DNA from: Eledone cirrhosa | Taxonomy: Eukaryota | DNA: 64,000 nucleotides | NCBI GenBank assembly: GCA_964016885.1 | Contig: OZ024740.1 | Span: 431,086,001-431,150,000 of the forward strand | Reading direction: 5' to 3' | Translations under genes and position numbers: made by a program | Shown here: positions 52,401 through 64,000 of the stretch, piece by piece | How positions within the stretch are numbered: position 1 is the first letter of the stretch | Layout of the letters: each line of letters begins with the position of its first letter | Notes under the pieces: generated by a model | Told to the model about the DNA's origin: nothing | The model's input: only the letters and a program-made list of their open reading frames with translations | The model's database searches: none

Positions 52401-55400
52401 TTACTGACCTAGGTTTCATGTAATACAGTGTCCTGGGACCTGGGCCACATTCCTCCCTTTACTGACCTAGGTTTCATGTAATACAGTGTCCTGGGACCTG
52501 GGCCACATTCCTCCCTTTACTGACCTAGGTTTTATGTAATACAGTGTCCTGGGACCTGGGCCACATTCCTCCCTTTACTGACCTAGGTTTCATGTAATAC
52601 AGTGTCCTGGGACCTGGGCCACATTCCTCCCTTTACTGCCCTAGGTTACATGTAATACAGTGTCCTGGGACTTGGGCCACATTCCTCCCTTTACTGACCT
52701 AGGTTTCATGTAATACAGTGTCCTGGGACCTGGGACACATTCCTCCCTTTACTGACCTAGGTTTCATGCAATACAGTGGCCTGGGCCACATTCCTCCCTT
52801 TACTGACCTAGGTTTCATGTAATACAGAGTCCTGGGACCTGGGCCACATTCCTCCCTTTACTGACCTAGGTTTCATGTAATACAGTGTCCTGGGACCTGG
52901 GCCACATTCCTCCCTTTACTGACCTAGGTTTCATGTAATACAGAGTCCTGGGCCACATTCCTCCCTTTACTGACCTAGGTTACATGTAATACAGTGTCCT
53001 GGGCCACCTTCCTCCCTTTACTGACCTAGGTTTCATGTAATACAGTGTCCTGGGACTTGGGCCACATTCCTCCCTTTACTGACCTAGGTTTCATGTAATA
53101 CAGTGTCCTGGGACCTGGGCCACATTCCTCCCTTTACTGACCTAGGTTTCATGTAATACAGTGTCCTGGGACTTGGGCCACATTCCTCCCTTTACTGACC
53201 TAGGTTTCATGTAATACAGTGTCCTGGGACCTGGGCCACATTCCTCCCTTTACTGACCTAGGTTTCATGTAATACAGTGTCCTGGGACTTGGGCCACATT
53301 CCTCCCTTTACTGACCTAGGTTTCATGTAATACAGTGTCCTGGGACCTGGGCCACATTCCTCCCTTTACTGACCTAGGTTTCATGTAATACAGTGTCCTG
53401 GGACTTGGGCCACATTCGTCCCTTTACTGACCTAGGTTTCATGTAATACAGTGTCCTGGGACCTGGGCCACATTCCTCCCTTTACTGACCTAGGTTTCAT
53501 GTAATACAGTGTCCTGGGACTTGGGCCACATTCCTCCCTTTACTGACCTAGGTTTCATGTAATACAGTGTCCTGGGACCTGGGCCACATTCCTCCCTTTA
53601 CTGACCTAGGTTTCATGTAATACAGTGTCCTGGGACTTGGGCCACATTCCTCCCTTTACTGACCTAGGTTTCATGTAATACAGTGTCCTGGGACCTGGGC
53701 CACATTCCTCCCTTTACTGACCTAGGTTTCATGTAATACAGTGTCCTGGGACTTGGGCCACATTCCTCCCTTTACTGACCTAGGTTTCATGTAATACAGT
53801 GTCCTGGGACCTGGGCCACATTCCTCCCTTTACTGACCTAGGTTTCATGTAATACAGTGTCCTGGGACTTGGGCCACATTCCTCCCTTTACTGACCTAGG
53901 TTTCATGTAATACAGTGTCCTGGGACCTGGGCCACATTCCTCCCTTTACTGACCTAGGTTTCATGTAATACAGTGTCCTGGGACTTGGGCCACATTCCTC
54001 CCTTTACTGACCTAGGTTTCATGTAATACAGTGTCCTGGGACCTGGGCCACATTCCTCCCTTTACTGACCTAGGTTTCATGTAATACAGTTTCCTGGGAC
54101 CTGGGCCACATTCCTCCCTTTACTGACCTAGGTTTCATGCAATACAGTGGCCTGGGCCACATTTCTCCCTTTACTGACCTAGGTTTCATGTAATACAGTG
54201 TCCTGGGACCTGGGCAAGATTCCTCCCTTTACTGACCTAGGTTACATGTAATACAGTGTCCTGGGACCTGGGACACATTCCTCCCTTTACTGACCTAGGT
54301 TACATGTAATACAGTGTCCTGGGACCTGGGACACATTCCTCCCTTTAATGACCTAGGTTTCATGTAATACAGTGTCCTGGGACCTGGGACACCTTCCTCC
54401 CTTTACTGACCTAGGTTTCATGTTTTACAGTGTCCTGGGACCTGTGCCACATTCCTCTCTTTACTGACCTACATTTCATGAAATATAGTGTCCTGGGACC
54501 TGGGACACATTCCTCCCTTTACTGACCTAGGTTTCATGTTATACAGTGTCCTGGGACCTGTGCCACATTCCTCTCTTTACTGACCTACATTTCATGAAAT
54601 ATAGTGTCCTGGGATCTGGGCCACATTCCTCCCTTTACTGACCTAGGTTACATGTAATACAGTGTCCTGGGAGCTGGGCCACATTCCTCCCTTTACTGAC
54701 CTAGGTTTTATGTAATACAGTGTCCTGGGAGCTGGGCCACATTCCTCCCTTTACTGACCTAGGTTTTATGTAATACAGTGTCCTGGGACCTGGGCCACAT
54801 TCCTCCCTTTACTGACCTAGCTTACATGTAATACAGTGTCCTGGGACCTGGGCCACATTCCTCCCTTTACTGACCTAGGTTTCATGTAATACAGTGTCCT
54901 GGGACCTGGGCCACATTCCTCCCTTTACTGACCTAGGTTACATGTAATACAGTGTCCTGGGACCTGGGCCACATTCCTCCCTTTACTGACCTAGGTTACA
55001 TGTAATACAGTGTCCTGGGACCTGGGCCACATTCCTCCCTTTACTGACCTAGGTTATATGTAATACAGTGTCCTGGGACCTGGGCCACATTCCTCCCTTT
55101 ACTGACCTAGGTTTCATGTAATACAGTGTCCTGGGACCTGGGCCACATTCCTCCCTTTACTGACCTAGGTTTCATGTAATACAGTGTCCTGGGACCTGGG
55201 CCACATTCCTCCCTTTACTGACCTAGGTTACATGTAATACAGTGTCCTGGGACCTGGGCCACATTCCTCCCTTTACTGACCTAGGTTACATGTAATACAG
55301 TGTCCTGGGACCTGGGCCACATTCCTCCCTTTACTGACCTAGGTTACATGTAATACAGTGTCCTGGGACCTGGGCCACATTCCTCCCTTTACTGACCTAG

Positions 55401-58400
55401 GTTTCATGTAATACAGTGTCCTGGGACCTGGGCCACATTCCTCCCTTTACTGACCTAGGTTACATGTAATACAGTGTCCTGGGACCTGGGCCACATTCCT
55501 CCCTTTACTGACCTAGGTTACATGTAATACAGTGTCCTGGGACCTGGGCCACATTCCTCCCTTTACTGACCTAGGTTATATGTAATACAGTGTCCTGGGA
55601 CCTGGGCCACATTCCTCCCTTTACTGACCTAGGTTTCATGTAATACAGTGTCCTGGGACCTGGGCCACATTCCTCCCTTTACTGACCTAGGTTTCATGTA
55701 ATACCGTGTCCTGGGACCTGGGACACATTCCTCCCTTTACTGACCTAGGTTACATGTAATACAGTGTCCTGGGACCTGGGCCACATTCCTCCCTTTACTG
55801 ACCTAGGTTACATGTAATACAGTGTCCTGGGACCTGGGCCACATTCCTCCCTTTACTGACCTAGGTTACATGTAATACAGTGTCCTGGGACCTGGGCCAC
55901 ATTCCTCCCTTTACTGACCTAGGTTTCATGTAATACAGTGTCCTGGGACCTGGGCCACATTCCTCCCTTTACTGACCTAGGTTACATGTAATACAGTGTC
56001 CTGGGACCTGGGCCACATTCCTCCCTTTACTGATCTAGGTTACATGTAATACAGTGTCCTGGGACCTGGGCCACATTCCTCCCTTTACTGACCTAGGTTT
56101 CATGTAATACAGTGTCCTGGGACCTGGGCCACATTCCTCCCTTTACTGACCTAGGTTTCATGTAATACAGAGTCCTGGGCCACATTCCTCCCTTTACTGA
56201 CCTAGGTTTCATGTAATACAGTGTCCTGGGACCTGGGCCACATTCCTCCCTTTACTGACCTAGGTTTCATGTAATACAGAGTCCTGGGCCACATTCCTCC
56301 CTTTACTGACCTAGGTTTCATGTAATACAGAGTCCTGGGCCACCTTCCTCCCTTTACTGACCTAGGTTTCATGCAATACAGTGTCCTGGGACCTGGGCCA
56401 CATTCCTCCCTTTACTGACCTAGGTTTCATGTAATACAGTGTCCTGGGACCTGGGCCACATTCCTCCCTTTACTGACCTAGGTTTCATGTAATACAGTGT
56501 CCTGGGACCTGGGCCACATTCTTCCCTTTACTGACCTAGGTTTCATGTAATACAGTGTCCTGGGATCTGGGCCACATTCCTCCCTTTACTGACCTAGGTT
56601 TCATGTAATACAGAGTCCTGGGCCACATTCCTCCCTTTACTGACCTAGGTTTCATGTAATACAGAGTCCTGGGACCTGGGCCACATTCCTCCCTTTACTG
56701 ACCTAGGTTACATGTAATACAGTGTCCTGGGACCTGGGCCACATTCCTCCCTTTACTGACCTAGGTTTCATGTAATACAGAGTCCTGGGCCACATTCCTC
56801 CCTTTACTGACCTAGGTTTCATGTAATACAGAGTCCTGGGACCTGGGCCACATTCCTCCCTTTACTGACCTAGGTTTCATGTAATACAGAGTCCTGGGAC
56901 CTGGGCCACATTCCTCCCTTTACTGACCTAGGTTACATGTAATACAGTGTCCTGGGACCTGGGCCACATTCCTCCCTTTACTGACCTAGGTTTCATGTAA
57001 TACAGAGTCCTGGGCCACATTCCTCCCTTTACTGACCTAGGTTTCATGTAATACAGAGTCCTGGGACCTGGGCCACATTCCTCCCTTTACTGACCTAGGT
57101 TACATGTAATACAGTGTCCTGGGACCTGGGCCACATTCCTCCCTTTACTGACCTAGGTTTCATGTAATATAGTGTCCTGGGACCTGGGACACATTCCTCC
57201 CTTTACTGACCTAGGTTTCATGTAATACAGAGTCCTGGGCCACATTCCTCCCATTACTGACCTAGGTTTCATGTAATACAGAGTCCTGGGCCACATTCCT
57301 CCCTTTACTGACCTAGGTTTCATGTAATACAGTGTCCTGGGACCTGGGACACATTCCTCCCTTTACTGACCTAGGTTTCATGCAATACAGTGGCCTGGGC
57401 CACATTCCTCCCTTTACTGACCTAGGTTTCATGTAATACAGTGTCCTGGGACCTGGGCCACATTCCTCCCTTTACTGACCTAGGTTTCATGTAATACAGT
57501 GTCCTGGGACCTGGGCCACATTCCTCCCTTTACTGACCTAGGTTTTATGTAATACAGTGTCCTGGGACCTGGGCCACATTCCTCCCTTTACTGACCTAGG
57601 TTTCATGTAATACAGTGTCCTGGGACCTGGGCCACATTCCTCCCTTTACTGCCCTAGGTTACATGTAATACAGTGTCCTGGGACTTGGGCCACATTCCTC
57701 CCTTTACTGACCTAGGTTTCATGTAATACAGTGTCCTGGGACCTGGGCCACATTCCTCCCTTTACTGCCCTAGGTTACATGTAATACAGTGTCCTGGGAC
57801 CTGGGCCACATTCCTCCCTTTACTGACCTAGGTTTCATGTAATACAGTGTCCTGGGACCTGGGCCACATTCCTCCCTTTACTGACCTAGGTTACATGTAA
57901 TACAGTGTCCTGGGACCTGGGCCACATTCCTCCCTTTACTGACCTAGGTTTCATGTAATACAGTGTCCTGGGACCTGGGCCACATTCCTCCCTTTACTGC
58001 CCTAGGTTACATGTAATACAGTGTCCTGGGACTTGGGCCACATTCCTCCCTTTACTGACCTAGGTTTCATGTAATACAGTGTCCTGGGACCTGGGACACA
58101 TTCCTCCCTTTACTGACCTAGGTTTCATGCAATACAGTGGCCTGGGCCACATTCCTCCCTTTACTGACCTAGGTTTCATGTAATACAGAGTCCTGGGACC
58201 TGGGCCACATTCCTCCCTTTACTGACCTAGGTTTCATGTAATACAGTGTCCTGGGACCTGGGCCACATTCCTCCCTTTACTGACCTAGGTTTCATGTAAT
58301 ACAGTTTCCTGGGACCTGGGCCACATTCCTCCCTTTACTGACCTAGGTTTCATGCAATACAGTGGCCTGGGGCACATTTCTCCCTTTACTGACCTAGGTT

Positions 58401-61400
58401 TCATGTAATACAGTGTCCTGGGACCTGGGCAAGATTCCTCCCTTTACTGACCTAGGTTACATGTAATACAGTGTCCTGGGACCTGGGCCACATTCCTCCC
58501 TTTACTGACCTAGGTTACATGTAATACAGTGTCCTGGGACCTGGGACACATTCCTCCCTTTACTGACCTAGGTTACATGTAATACAGTGTCCTGGGACCT
58601 GGGACACATTCCTCCCTTTAATGACCTAGGTTTCATGTAATACAGTGTCCTGGGACCTGGGCCACCTTCCTCCCTTTACTGACCTAGGTTTCATGTTTTA
58701 CAGTGTCCTGGGACCTGGGCCACATTCCTCCCTTTACTGACTTAGGTTTCATGTAATACAGAGTCCTGGGACCTGGGCCACATTCCTCCCTTTACTGACC
58801 TAGGTTTCATGTAATACAGTGTCCTGGGACCTGGGACACATTCCTCCCTTTACTGACCTAGGTTTCATGTAATACAGTGTCCTGGGACCTGGGCCACATT
58901 CCTCCCTTTACTGACCTAGGTTACATGTAATACAGTGTCCTGGGACCTGGGCCACATTCCTCCCTTTACTGACCTAGGTTTCATGTAATATAGTGTCCTG
59001 GGACCTGGGACACATTCCTCCCTTTACTGACCTAGGTTTCATGTAATACAGAGTCCTGGGCCACATTCCTCCCATTACTGACCTAGGTTTCATGTAATAC
59101 AGAGTCCTGGGCCACCTTCCTCCCTTTACTGACCTAGGTTTCATGCAATACAGTGTCCTGGGACCTGGGCCACATTCCTCCCTTTACTGACCTAGGTTTC
59201 ATGTAATACAGTGTCCTGGGACCTGGGCCACATTCCTCCCTTTACTGACCTAGGTTTCATGCAATACAGTGTCCTGGGACCTGGGCCACATTCCTCCCTT
59301 TACTGACCTAGGTTTCATGTAATACAGTGTCCTGGGACCTGGGCCACATTCCTCCCTTTACTGACCTAGGTTTCATGTAATACAGTGTCCTGGGACCTGG
59401 GCCACATTCCTCCCTTCACTGACCTAGGTTTCATGTAATACAGAGTCCTGGGCCACATTCCTCCCTTTACTGACCTAGGTTTCATGTAATACAGTGTCCT
59501 GGGACCTGGGACACATTCCTCCCTTTACTGACCTAGGTTTCATGCAATACAGTGGCCTGGGCCACATTCCTCCCTTTACTGACCTAGGTTTCATGTAATA
59601 CAGTGTCCTGGGACCTGGGCCACATTCCTCCCTTTACTGACCTAGGTTTCATGTAATACAGTGTCCTGGGACCTGGGCCACATTCCTCCCTTTACTGACC
59701 TAGGTTTTATGTAATACAGTGTCCTGGGACCTGGGCCACATTCCTCCCTTTACTGACCTAGGTTTCATGTAATACAGTGTCCTGGGACCTGGGCCACATT
59801 CCTCCCTTTACTGCCCTAGCTTACATGTAATACAGTGTCCTGGGACTTGGGCCACATTCCTCCCTTTACTGACCTAGGTTTCATGTAATACAGTGTCCTG
59901 GGACCTGGGCCACATTCCTCCCTTTACTGCCCTAGGTTACATGTAATACAGTGTCCTGGGACCTGGGCCACATTCCTCCCTTTACTGACCTAGGTTTCAT
60001 GTAATACAGTGTCCTGGGACCTGGGCCACATTCCTCCCTTTACTGACCTAGGTTACATGTAATACAGTGTCCTGGGACCTGGGCCACATTCCTCCCTTTA
60101 CTGACCTAGGTTTCATGTAATACAGTGTCCTGGGACCTGGGCCACATTCCTCCCTTTACTGCCCTAGGTTACATGTAATACAGTGTCCTGGGACTTGGGC
60201 CACATTCCTCCCTTTACTGACCTAGGTTTCATGTAATACAGTGTCCTGGGACCTGGGACACATTCCTCCCTTTACTGACCTAGGTTTCATGCAATACAGT
60301 GGCCTGGGCCACATTCCTCCCTTTACTGACCTAGGTTTCATGTAATACAGAGTCCTGGGACCTGGGCCACATTCCTCCCTTTACTGACCTAGGTTTCATG
60401 TAATACAGTGTCCTGGGACCTGGGCCACATTCCTCCCTTTACTGACCTAGGTTTCATGTAATACAGTGTCCTGGGACCTGGGCCACATTCCTCCCTTTAC
60501 TGACCTAGGTTACATGTAACACAGTGTCCTGGGACTTGGGCCACATTCCTCCCTTTACTGACCTAGGTTTCATGTAATACAGTGTCCTGGGACCTGGGCC
60601 ACATTCCTCCCTTTACTGACCTAGGTTTCATGTAATACAGTTTCCTGGGACCTGGGCCACATTCCTCCCTTTACTGACCTAGGTTTCATGCAATACAGTG
60701 GCCTGGGGCACATTTCTCCCTTTACTGACCTAGGTTTCATGTAATACAGTGTCCTGGGACCTGGGCAAGATTCCTCCCTTTACTGACCTAGGTTACATGT
60801 AATACAGTGTCCTGGGACCTGGGCCACATTCCTCCCTTTACTGACCTAGGTTACATGTAATACAGTGTCCTGGGACCTGGGACACATTCCTCCCTTTACT
60901 GACCTAGGTTACATGTAATACAGTGTCCTGGGACCTGGGACACATTCCTCCCTTTAATGACCTAGGTTTCATGTAATACAGTGTCCTGGGACCTGGGCCA
61001 CCTTCCTCCCTTTACTGACCTAGGTTTCATGTTTTACAGTGTCCTGGGACCTGGGCCACATTCCTCCCTTTACTGACTTAGGTTTCATGTAATACAGAGT
61101 CCTGGGACCTGGGCCACATTCCTCCCTTTACTGACCTAGGTTTCATGTAATACAGTGTCCTGGGACCTGGGACACATTCCTCCCTTTACTGACCTAGGTT
61201 TCATGTAATACAGTGTCCTGGGACCTGGGCCACATTCCTCCCTTTACTGACCTAGGTTTCATGTAATACAGAGTCCTGGGACCTGTGCCACATTCCTCTC
61301 TTTACTGACCTACATTTCATGAAATATAGTGTCCTGGGACCTGGGACACATTCCTGCCTTTACTGACCTAGGTTTCATGTAATACAGTGTCCTGGGACCT

Positions 61401-64000
61401 GGGCCACATTCCTCCCTTTACTGACCTAGGTTTCATGTAATACAGAGTCCTGGGACCTGTGCCACATTCCTCTCTTTACTGACCTACATTTCATGAAATA
61501 TAGTGTCCTGGGACCTGGGACACATTCCTCCCTTTACTGACCTAGGTTTCATGTAATACAGTGTCCTGGGACCTGGGCCACATTCCTCCCTTTACTGACC
61601 TAGGTTTCATGTAATACAGAGTCCTGGGACCTGTGCCACATTCCTCTCTTTACTGACCTACATTTCATGAAATATAGTGTCCTGGGACCTGGGACACATT
61701 CCTCCCTTTACTGACCTAGGTTTCATGTAATACAGTGTCCTGGGACCTGGGCCACATTCCTCCCTTTACTGACCTAGGTTTCATGTAATACAGTGTCCTG
61801 GGACCTGGGCCACATTCCTCCCTTTACTGACCTAGGTTTCATGTAATACAGTGTCCTGGGACCTGGGCCACATTCCTCCCTTTACTGACCTAGGTTTCAT
61901 GTAATACAGAGTCCTGGGACCTGGGACACATTCCTCCCTTTACTGACCTAGGTTTCATGTAATACAGAGTCCTGGGACCTGTGCCACATTCCTCTCTTTA
62001 CTGACCTACATTTCATGAAATATAGTGTCCTGGGACCTGGGACACATTCCTCCCTTTACTGACCTAGGTTTCATGTAATACAGTGTCCTGGGACCTGGGC
62101 CACATTCCTCCCTTTACTGACCTAGGTTTCATGTAATACAGAGTCCTGGGACCTGTGCCACATTCCTCTCTTTACTGACCTACATTTCATGAAATATAGT
62201 GTCCTGGGACCTGGGACACATTCCTCCCTTTACTGACCTAGGTTTCATGTAATACAGTGTCCTGGGACCTGGGCCACATTCCTCCCTTTACTGACCTAGG
62301 TTTCATGTAATACAGAGTCCTGGGACCTGTGCCACATTCCTCTCTTTACTGACCTACATTTCATGAAATATAGTGTCCTGGGACCTGGGACACATTCTTC
62401 CCTTTACTGACCTAGGTTTCATGTTATACAGTGTCCTGGGACCTGGGCCACATTCCTCCCTTTACTGACCTAGGTTTCATGCAATACAGTGGCCTGGGGC
62501 ACATTTCTCCCTTTACTGACCTAGGTTTCATGTAATACAGTGTCCTGTGACCTGGGACACATTCCTCCCTTTACTGACCTAGGTTACATGTAATACAGTG
62601 TCCTGGGACCTGGGACACATTCCTCCCTTTAATGACCTAGGTTTCATGTAATACAGTGTCCTGGGACCTGGGCCACCTTCCTCCCTTTACTGACCTAGGT
62701 TTCATGTAATACAGTGTCCTGGGACCTGGGCCACCTTCCTCCCTTTACTGACCTAGGTTTCATGTTTTACAGTGTCCTGGGACCTGGGCCACATTCCTCC
62801 CTTTACTGACCTAGGTTTCATGTAATTCAGAGTCCTGGGACCTGGGCCACATTCCTCCCTTTACTGACCTAGGTTTCATGTAATACAGTGTCCTGGGACC
62901 TGGGCCACATTCCTCCCTTTACTGACCTAGGTTACATGTAATACAGTGTCCTGGGACCTGGGCCACATTCCTCCCTTTACTGACCTAGGTTACATGTAAT
63001 ACAGTGTCCTGGGACCTGGGCCACATTCCTCCCTTTACTGACCAAGGTTATATGTAATAGAGTGTCCTGGGACCTGGGCCACATTCCTCCCTTTACTGAC
63101 CTAGGTTTCATGTAATACAGTGTCCTGGGACCTGGGCCACATTCCTCCCTTTACTGACCTAGGTTTCATGTAATACAGTGTCCTGGGACCTGGGACACAT
63201 TCCTCCCTTTACTGACCTAGGTTTCATGTAATACAGTGTCCTGGGACCTGGGCCACATTCCTCCCTTTACTGACCTAGGTTTCATGTAATACAGAGTCCT
63301 GGGACCTGTGCCACATTCCTCTCTTTACTGACCTACATTTCATGAAATATAGTGTCCTGGGACCTGGGACACATTCCTCCCTTTACTGACCTAGGTTTCA
63401 TGTAATACAGTGTCCTGGGACCTGGGCCACATTCCTCCCTTTACTGACCTAGGTTTCATGTAATACAGAGTCCTGGGACCTGTGCCACATTCCTCTCTTT
63501 ACTGACCTACATTTCATGAAATATAGTGTCCTGGGACCTGGGACACATTCCTCCCTTTACTGACCTAGGTTTCATGTTATACAGTGTCCTGGGACCTGGG
63601 CCACATTCCTCCCTTTACTGACCTAGGTTTCATGCAATACAGTGGCCTGGGACCTGGGACACATTCCTCCCTTTACTGACCTAGGTTTCATGTAATACAG
63701 AGTCCTGGGCCACATTCCTCCCTTTACTGACCTAGGTTTCATGTAATACAGAGTCCTGGGCCACCTTCCTCCCTTTACTGACCTAGGTTTCATGCAATAC
63801 AGTGTCCTGGGACCTGGGCCACATTCCTCCCTTTACTGACCTAGGTTTCATGTAATACAGTGTCCTGGGACCTGGGCCACATTCCTCCCTTTACTGACCT
63901 AGGTTTCATGCAATACAGTGTCCTGGGACCTGGGCCACATTCCTCCCTTTACTGACCTAGGTTTCATGTAATACAGAGTCCTGGGCCACCTTCCTCCCTT
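22444..64000. repeat. 58-bp satellite array (CCTGGGACCTGGGCCACATTCCTCCCTTTACTGACCTAGGTTTCATGTAATACAGTGT) with frequent 51-bp variants; more than 41.5 kb, roughly 730 copies, runs off the window end
   Basis: 58-bp periodicity is visible throughout. The 51-bp units lack one copy of the internal 7-bp CCTGGGA direct repeat. The leftmost approximately 10 units are diverged. No long ORFs. One AvrII site (CCTAGG) per consensus unit. Confidence 0.99.

Noticed and set aside
5041-64000. CRISPR-like array or prokaryotic repeat system
   Set aside because: Units are head-to-tail with no unique spacers, there are no cas-like or RT genes, and the context is a spliced animal gene.
22444-64000. p53-like (CWWG pair) or PAR-bZIP (TTATGTAA) binding-site arrays in the 58-mer
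   Set aside because: The CTAG and CATG cores are 4 bp apart rather than 6 and their flanks mismatch; TTATGTAA occurs only in a minority variant. No supporting evidence.
22444-64000. Calling the array a centromere or telomere-associated repeat
   Set aside because: There is no telomeric motif and no recognisable CENP-B box; chromosomal role cannot be determined from sequence alone.

Overview
This is eukaryotic (animal) genomic DNA, AT-rich outside the repeats. An invertebrate such as a mollusc is plausible but cannot be shown from this window. About 92% of it is two directly abutting satellites: a 69-bp array (about 5041-22441, about 252 copies, no frame-shifting indels) and a 58/51-bp array (about 22444 to beyond the window end, roughly 730 copies). 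Both have nested higher-order duplications. The first 5 kb hold the 3' end of a + strand gene. A 2219-bp exon (512-2730, canonical AG and GTAAGT boundaries) encodes 19 tandem six-cysteine VWC/pacifastin-like modules. It most likely splices to a tiny terminal exon at 4559 (Leu-Met-Val-stop, then AATAAA signals). The introns contain three minisatellites (21, 48/44 and 41 bp) and a 146-bp hAT-type MITE with an 8-bp target-site duplication. The most intriguing, unproven observation is a second in-frame splice acceptor at the start of the 69-bp satellite. Its open frame runs 17.3 kb and encodes a Ser/Thr-rich 23-aa repeat with an N-glycosylation sequon, so a giant mucin-like alternative last exon is formally possible, although the variant spectrum looks roughly neutral. 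No CRISPR array, RNA gene or prokaryotic system was seen.
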